Translations under genes and position numbers: made by a program
Part shown: positions 28,463 to 33,341 of the stretch, piece by piece
Layout of the letters: the number at the start of each line of letters is the position of its first letter
Numbering within the stretch: the stretch's first letter is position 1
Source of the DNA: a virus
Taxonomy: Duplodnaviria > Caudoviricetes
Strand: one strand, 5' to 3'
IMG/VR virus record: IMGVR_UViG_3300022915_000005
Location: 1-33,341 of that record
Length of the DNA stretch: 33,341 bases
Notes under the pieces: generated by a model
The model's database searches: none
What the model saw: the letters and a program-made list of their open reading frames with translations, nothing else
Told to the model about the DNA's origin: nothing

Positions 28463-28491
28463 TTGACACGATGGTATAACGGCGTTATACT
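28463..28491 (+). promoter_or_regulatory. Near-consensus sigma70 promoter overlapped by the 17-bp operator
   Basis: TTGACA-17bp-TATACT; GTATAACGGCGTTATAC at 28474-28490. Confidence 0.85.
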
Positions 28492-28539
28492 CTGTGACGT
28501 TAGATTAATTCAGGTTCAAGGAAAGGGAACGAACAGATT

Positions 28540-28782
28540 ATGAAACTCAAGACGTATCAAGTCACCGAGGCCGATTTCGACGCCGTTGTCGGTTGCGAAT
28601 CATGCGATGAGGCGTTCGAGGTCGGATGGATCGTTAGGAAAAGCGGCGACGACATGTTCTGTGATGACGTTTGCGCGCGCCGGTATGAGGCGAAGGGCAT
28701 CGAGGTTTTGAGGCGCGACGGGTACGACTGCGACCTCGAAGAATCGCCGCGACTTGACCCGCCGCATTGGGCGTACAGATAG
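28540..28782 (+). CDS. Small Cys-containing hypothetical protein
   Basis: Purine-rich RBS region; CESC...CDDVC. Confidence 0.7.
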   Translation: MKLKTYQVTEADFDAVVGCESCDEAFEVGWIVRKSGDDMFCDDVCARRYEAKGIEVLRRDGYDCDLEESPRLDPPHWAYR

Positions 28783-28797
28783 AACCTTGAACCCTCG

Positions 28798-28837
28798 GCC
28801 GGCGCCTCTTTAAGCGAGTCAGGCGCCGGCATTTTTT
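28798..28837 (+). terminator. Intrinsic terminator
   Basis: GCCGGCGCCT/AGGCGCCGGC 10-bp stem followed by ATTTTTT. Confidence 0.7.
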
Positions 28838-28850
28838 CGAGAAGGAACGA

Positions 28851-29225
28851 ATGATTCTATTTAATTTGCACGATGACGGCCGAGGCGAGGTCGACCGGTA
28901 TTACGCGACCTTGATTGAGGCCGTCGCATATGCCGTGGAATGTCGCGACTCTGAGAACGTCGACATGGTGATCGAACAGGTCGAAGTCAGGCCGCATGGC
29001 AAGGCGAACGTTTGCGCCATGCTAAACGGCGAACAGTTTATTTACGATCGACGCCAGGTCGCGACCGTTAAGGCGTTCAAACTCGACGACGACGAAAGAG
29101 AAAGGTTTTGGCTAAACGACGGCGACGATAAAGAGGCACTAATCGAGGCGTTACACGCCGAAGGGCGCTATACGGGCGCCGAATTTGAAACGAAACGAAA
29201 GGCACGAAAGGCGAAATCATTATGA
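28851..29225 (+). CDS. Hypothetical protein
   Basis: AAGGA RBS; ATGA coupling to the next gene. Confidence 0.75.
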   Translation: MILFNLHDDGRGEVDRYYATLIEAVAYAVECRDSENVDMVIEQVEVRPHGKANVCAMLNGEQFIYDRRQVATVKAFKLDDDERERFWLNDGDDKEALIEALHAEGRYTGAEFETKRKARKAKSL

Positions 29226-29623
29226 CCGAAAAGACAATTACGGCCGAGGAACTCATCGGCGATATTCACGACCTCACGGCGCGCATGCGCGAACTAAACG
29301 CCGTTCTCGACTTTGCGGCACGACTCAAGGCGCGCGTCGCCGATGAGTGTGTTTGGAGTCAGCGAGGCACGTTTAACGAAATGATAAGGCGCGAACTTGA
29401 GGCAATGGGAACGAACATGAAAGAACGCGAGGCGCGCGTCGTCGGCCGTTGTGTGAAATGCGACGGCGAGGTTTTTGACGATGAGGCGCACGCCTGGCGA
29501 TCGACTCAGAAAGGCGTCATGCCGTTTCTATACTGCGAACCTTGCGCGACGAAAGAGATCGAGAACGCGGCATGGCCGGTCGCGATCGACTGGCGCGTCA
29601 CACCGATCGAAAGGAACCGATGA
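29222..29623 (+). CDS. Hypothetical protein with a C-terminal CxxC pair
   Basis: CVKC...CEPC; N-terminal half resembles the 2520 and 32490 products. Confidence 0.7.
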   Translation: MTEKTITAEELIGDIHDLTARMRELNAVLDFAARLKARVADECVWSQRGTFNEMIRRELEAMGTNMKEREARVVGRCVKCDGEVFDDEAHAWRSTQKGVMPFLYCEPCATKEIENAAWPVAIDWRVTPIERNR

Positions 29624-29865
29624 CGAATAAAGACATAAACGACAAACTCAAGGGTCGAAAGATCACGCATGTCGATCTGCGGCCTTTCGATGACGGCCGA
29701 GGCGTCGACCTGTATTCGCCGGCGATCACGTTCGACGACGGGTCGCGATTGGTGTTTACGGCCGAGGCCGGCGCGAACGGTCGAATCGGCATTCGGCCGA
29801 GTGTATTCAGGCGACCCCGACCGGCGCCAGGCAAGGAAAGGGCGAAAGGAACGGCCAGGCGATGA
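29620..29865 (+). CDS. Hypothetical protein
   Basis: AAGGA RBS; ATGA overlap at 29620. Confidence 0.65.
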   Translation: MTNKDINDKLKGRKITHVDLRPFDDGRGVDLYSPAITFDDGSRLVFTAEAGANGRIGIRPSVFRRPRPAPGKERAKGTARR

Positions 29866-30056
29866 CGATCTTTTTTCTATCAATTGCCGGCGCGACGGGC
29901 GTATTCTTTGCCGGTTATATATACGGCCGCATGGTTCATGACCTCGAAGTCGGCCGACTACGCAAACGCGCCGACCGTGCCGAACGCGCGGCCGACCTGG
30001 CGCGCGCGACGGCGAAACGCGGCCTCGAACAATTACGCGACGATCTGAACACATGA
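29862..30056 (+). CDS. Small membrane-anchored coiled-coil protein
   Basis: N-terminal hydrophobic helix followed by an Arg/Ala helix; ATGA couplings. Confidence 0.6.
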   Translation: MTIFFLSIAGATGVFFAGYIYGRMVHDLEVGRLRKRADRAERAADLARATAKRGLEQLRDDLNT

Positions 30057-30289
30057 TCGTTTTGCCTGAACAACTAAAGAAACTCATCGAACAGATGGAA
30101 TCGATCGAGGTTCAGCGAACCCGCGTTCTACTCGCACTTGAGGCCGGCGTCACGCCCTCGGCAAGCGAGGCCGACGCCGTTGTTTTTTTACATATGCTCA
30201 TCGCGGGTCAGGCGCATCTTGCCGACGCTATTCTCGAAATAACGGCCGGCCTTATATGCGAGGACGTGACATGGCCTCATCTGATTTGA
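30053..30289 (+). CDS. Hypothetical protein
   Basis: ATGA coupling. Confidence 0.6.
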   Translation: MIVLPEQLKKLIEQMESIEVQRTRVLLALEAGVTPSASEADAVVFLHMLIAGQAHLADAILEITAGLICEDVTWPHLI

Positions 30290-30402
30290 CCTGGGTCTTA
30301 GCTGGCGCCTGCGGCGCGATCATCTTTGTCGCGATCGTCGTCGCGATCGTCAAATTATTTACGTATGAAACGCCTCGCGCCAGGGCGGCAAGGCGGCACT
30401 AA
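30286..30402 (+). CDS. 38-aa single-TM peptide, not in the ORF track
   Basis: TTGA overlap; MTWVLAGACGAIIFVAIVVAIVKLFTYETPRARAARRH. Confidence 0.5.
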   Translation: MTWVLAGACGAIIFVAIVVAIVKLFTYETPRARAARRH

Positions 30403-30404
30403 GT

Positions 30405-30575
30405 ATGCTCATCGCGGCGGCGTTCCTACTCGGCATAGTCCTCGGCGCGGTCGCGGCCTCGATCACGGTCGCCAGGTTCTACGACGCGCGATGTTCTGAA
30501 CTCGGCATCGACCTCGATCGCGGCCTCGGCGACCCGACGCGAGACAAAATCAGGAACCGAATCACCGGCCGATAG
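30405..30575 (+). CDS. 56-aa single-TM peptide, not in the ORF track
   Basis: MLIAAAFLLGIVLGAVAASITVARFYDARC...; starts 2 bp after the previous stop. Confidence 0.5.
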   Translation: MLIAAAFLLGIVLGAVAASITVARFYDARCSELGIDLDRGLGDPTRDKIRNRITGR

Positions 30576-30620
30576 AAATGTTTTGACATTGCCGGCCGTT
30601 CGAGGCGATCATGGTCGGCG

Positions 30621-30790
30621 CCTTTGACAGAGGCGTTTGAGTTTCAAACGTTGCACGTTCGAGATTTGAGGCGTCTTTCGGTCGAAAGGCTCTCGACTCT
30701 TTTGATTCGCGCGGTTTGCACGTTTGCGGCGGGTCAAAACTGTCAAAGGGTCAGAGTCTTTCGACGGCAAGACGCCTTTTCTCTTTTCTG
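30621..30790 (+). ncRNA. Candidate structured leader RNA / attenuator upstream of the replication initiator
   Basis: 10-bp closing stem, three internal hairpins, and an alternative long terminator-like stem with a T-rich tract. Confidence 0.55.
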
Positions 30791-30814
30791 CTACTAGCGC
30801 CAGGTCAATTCGAA

Positions 30815-31789
30815 ATGTACGTAAAATTATTTGCTCAATTGCTCGACTCATCGGTATGGCTCGAATCAGGCGAGACGCGCCTTGTTTGGATCACGCTATT
30901 ACTGGCGATGGATCAGGACGGGTTCGCGCATTTCTCGGCGCCGGCGAACCTGGCATCGAGGGCGCGGGTCAAACTCAAGGCATGCGAAAAGGCGATCGAG
31001 GTTCTTGAGGCGCCCGACCCGACCTCATCCGACCCGACTCACGACGGCCGGCGAATCGAAAGAGTGCCAGGCGGATGGCTAGTTTTGAACTCGGCGAAGT
31101 ATCGCGAACTCGGTTCAGAGATAAACCGACGCGAAAAGACCCGCGAACGGGTCGCCGCATACAAGGCGAGGAAACGCGCCTCGCGTACAAACTCTTTAGA
31201 TTCAATCGAAACCGAGGCCGGTAACGTATCGGTAACGCAAGGTAACGCCGAGGTTACAAAAAGTAACGCCATGCAGAAGCAGAAGCAGAAGCAGAAGCAT
31301 GTACAAGGGAAAGTAATTGAACACAAAGAAGTCGAGACGGCGACCGCCTCGACGGCCGTTTCTGCCTCGGTCGACGCCGTTTTTGATTACTGGCGGGTGA
31401 CCCTCAAACACGCGACCGCGAAACTGACGCCGAAACGTCGCGCAAAGATCACGGCCAGGCTAAAGGACGGCTACACGATCGACGACATCAAGGCCGGCAT
31501 CGACGGGAACGCCGCCTCGGCCTTTCATCAAGGCGACAATGAGAACGGCGGCCGAGTTTACGACGACCTCGAACTCATCTGTCGATCTGGCGAGAAACTT
31601 GAGCAATTCATTCAGATTTCGAAAGGAACCGAACATGGGCAAATTATTCGACGAACTACAGGGCGGCGCGAAACCCGACACGAACGAATCAAACGCGAAA
31701 CCGACGAACTATTCGCGCGCCGAACTCATGACCCGCTTGATTCAGCTATCGCGATACTTCCGAGGGCTATCGGAAATGGAACCGAGTGA
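30815..31789 (+). CDS. Phage replication initiator (lambda O / replisome-organizer architecture)
   Basis: N-terminal YVKLF...LDSSVW...VWITLLL wHTH-type domain; central iteron linker; C-terminal VFDYW...ITARLKDGYTIDDIKAGID domain. Confidence 0.8.
   Translation: MYVKLFAQLLDSSVWLESGETRLVWITLLLAMDQDGFAHFSAPANLASRARVKLKACEKAIEVLEAPDPTSSDPTHDGRRIERVPGGWLVLNSAKYRELGSEINRREKTRERVAAYKARKRASRTNSLDSIETEAGNVSVTQGNAEVTKSNAMQKQKQKQKHVQGKVIEHKEVETATASTAVSASVDAVFDYWRVTLKHATAKLTPKRRAKITARLKDGYTIDDIKAGIDGNAASAFHQGDNENGGRVYDDLELICRSGEKLEQFIQISKGTEHGQIIRRTTGRRETRHERIKRETDELFARRTHDPLDSAIAILPRAIGNGTE
31220..31299 (+). repeat. Putative replication origin: iterons plus a GCAGAA hexamer tract
   Basis: GGTAACG at 31220, 31231, 31241; GGTTACA at 31252; AGTAACG at 31262; (GCAGAA)4 at 31273-31296. 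Confidence 0.75.
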
Positions 31790-32408
31790 GGCGGCCGAAC
31801 AGGCGGCAATTTGGGACGGGTTCGGTCTGCACGTTATTCCTGACGCCGATCTCGCCGAGGCATTCCGGCGCGCCCTTGAGAACTTTGACGACTCGCGACC
31901 GTTCGGCGCCGTTTGGGTTCGCGACGCCTGGCACTCGATCAGGCGCGAACGTTTCGAGCGCGAACGGCCGCCGTCGCGTTCTCGCCGACCTGGCGATATG
32001 ACTTTCGCGCAGTGGTACGCCAAAGATCGCGAGAACATCGAGGCCAAGTTTCCGCCGTCGACGGTCGCGATGATGAAACGCCTGTTTGACAAGCGGGTCG
32101 AGAAGGACGGCGAACCCGAACCCGCGCCGGCCGGCGATTCTGGCGTGTGCTATTACTGCAACGATTCAGGATGGCAAGCGATTGCGTTCATGGGCGAAGG
32201 CGGCAACGAAAATATTGGCCTTAGACTTTGCGCTTGTTCAAAGGCGCCGGCCGAGGTTATTCATTCGACCGGCACTTATCGCGACCGCAAAGGCGACGTG
32301 ATCGCCGTCAAACCTTCCGAACCCTTGCGCGAACCTGACTATCGCAAACGCCCGAACTCCGATATTTGGGAACCTGTCGACAAGAAAACATCGGTTTACG
32401 GCGATTAG
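31635..32408 (+). CDS. Putative helicase-loader partner with a C-terminal zinc motif; start uncertain
   Basis: AAGGA RBS before 31635; position after the initiator; CYYCNDSGW...CAC; no Walker A motif. Confidence 0.55.
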   Translation: MGKLFDELQGGAKPDTNESNAKPTNYSRAELMTRLIQLSRYFRGLSEMEPSEAAEQAAIWDGFGLHVIPDADLAEAFRRALENFDDSRPFGAVWVRDAWHSIRRERFERERPPSRSRRPGDMTFAQWYAKDRENIEAKFPPSTVAMMKRLFDKRVEKDGEPEPAPAGDSGVCYYCNDSGWQAIAFMGEGGNENIGLRLCACSKAPAEVIHSTGTYRDRKGDVIAVKPSEPLREPDYRKRPNSDIWEPVDKKTSVYGD

Positions 32409-32489
32409 GGCGCCCGTCACGGCGTTTTTAACGCCCGACTGCGGTCGTACTACCCTTTGGAATTATTAGAGGCGTCTGAGGGCTTTAAA

Positions 32490-32810
32490 ATGCAAAAGGC
32501 TAAACCGAAACCGAAACCGTATCCAGAACCCGACCTCGAAACCGACCCTCGGCCGATCACGATCGCCGAATTACACGATCACATTCAGGCGGCGATATTC
32601 GGCCGGCCGTCAGGGCGTCGAGGCAAACGTTTCGATCAGCTACAAAGGCGACTACACGATCTTGTCGACCTCGGCGATGACCTGGCCGTCATCGAGGGAT
32701 TTATCGAACGTATCAAGGCGAGTGCCGCGACTAAATACCTCGACTCTGAGGGCGTCTCGATCTTTGTCGCCTCGATGGAACTCGACGCGATGAGGCGCGA
32801 ACGCGAATAA
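32490..32810 (+). CDS. Hypothetical protein (probable paralog of 2520 and 29222 products)
   Basis: GAGG upstream of ATG 32490; LAVIEGFIERIK...ELDAM motif. Confidence 0.65.
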   Translation: MQKAKPKPKPYPEPDLETDPRPITIAELHDHIQAAIFGRPSGRRGKRFDQLQRRLHDLVDLGDDLAVIEGFIERIKASAATKYLDSEGVSIFVASMELDAMRRERE

Positions 32811-32858
32811 ACGACTTACACGTGAGGCGAAATCAATTTAAACGACTTACACGTGAGG
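32808..32858 (+). repeat. Perfect 20-bp direct repeat TAAACGACTTACACGTGAGG x2 (31-bp period)
   Basis: Copies at 32808-32827 and 32839-32858. Confidence 0.9.
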
Positions 32859-32869
32859 TAAACTCGCGA

Positions 32870-32897
32870 TTGTATGACCTTGACGACGGCGTATAAT
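32870..32897 (+). promoter_or_regulatory. Putative promoter
   Basis: TTGTAT-16bp-TATAAT upstream of the gene at 32947. Confidence 0.5.
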
Positions 32898-32946
32898 GCC
32901 AGGCGTTAAACTTTCGAAATTTTCAGCAGGAAAGGAAAACCCGAAC

Positions 32947-33174
32947 ATGGCAAATAATCCAAATGACCCGAACCGACCGCAAGGTCAGCAACAAGGCGAT
33001 GTCGATGTCGATGATCTTGTAACGTTCCTCGATCAAGGGTTCGCGAGTGTGCCGACTCTCGATAATCCTCAGAAACGCGAACAGATCAAGCGTATATTGC
33101 AGCAGCATCAACAAACACAACGCGACCCTAATGCCGCCGCAAACAAACCGTTTGACCCGAACCGGCGTTCTTGA
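32947..33174 (+). CDS. Asn/Pro/Gln-rich hypothetical protein
   Basis: AGGAAAGGA RBS; ATG at 32947. Confidence 0.7.
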   Translation: MANNPNDPNRPQGQQQGDVDVDDLVTFLDQGFASVPTLDNPQKREQIKRILQQHQQTQRDPNAAANKPFDPNRRS

Positions 33175-33341
33175 CCCGAACGCCTCGGTCTATGGCGTTA
33201 TTCATTGCCGAGTGTGCCGGCGCGTTCGACCTATGCTCGAATCGCCGGCACCAAATAAACGTATCGCCAGAACCTACTATTGCCGAGTGTGCCGGCGACC
33301 TGGCGGCACGCCCGAACGCCCGAAATATGTCAAATGCGAAA
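33116..33341 (+). repeat. Terminal direct repeat / circular overlap, right copy
   Basis: Matches 1-226 with 4 mismatches. Confidence 0.95.

Larger units (their letters stand above)
1..33341 (+). mobile_element. Complete or near-complete tailed dsDNA phage genome (Caudoviricetes, siphovirus-like, HK97-type head)
   Basis: Packaging, head, neck, tail, recombination and replication modules in canonical order; ends overlap by 226 bp; no host genes visible. Confidence 0.95.

Noticed and set aside
30716-30814. Initiator N-terminal extension from TTG 30716
   Set aside because: It lies within the structured RNA; the domain-like sequence begins at ATG 30815
32808-32858. Mini-CRISPR array
   Set aside because: Only two 20-bp repeats with an 11-bp spacer, and no cas genes
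371-33120. Minus-strand ORFs in the track generally
   Set aside because: They overlap well-supported + strand genes and show no recognisable motifs; expected in GC-rich DNA

Overview
The window looks like a complete or near-complete ~33.1 kb tailed phage genome with siphovirus-like organisation, and every credible gene is on the + strand. Bases 1-226 recur at 33116-33341 with 4 mismatches, so the unit length is about 33,115 bp. Gene order: small accessory genes; terminase small and large subunits; HK97-type portal; Lar-like protein plus DNA methyltransferase; MuF-like protein; prohead protease; major capsid; neck; tail tube, chaperones and tape measure; tail tip; then early genes (RHH regulator, RecT-like annealase, tandem wHTH, Gp157) and a lambda-O-style replication initiator with iterons. 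I see no integrase, CI-type repressor, endolysin, tRNA or CRISPR array. Highlights: (1) an orphan lasso-peptide-type RiPP precursor (297-476) with an exactly spaced YxxPxLxxxGxxxxxT leader, flanked by two zinc-finger genes, with no maturation enzymes on the phage; (2) two core virion ring proteins apparently fused to long N-terminal adhesin arms (a gpM/Dit-like domain behind ~12 Ig-like repeats, and a head-closure-like domain behind two LamG domains); (3) a switch-like structured RNA upstream of the replication initiator; (4) an identical 17-bp palindromic operator in two early promoters. All family calls come from motif recognition by eye and synteny; no searches were run.
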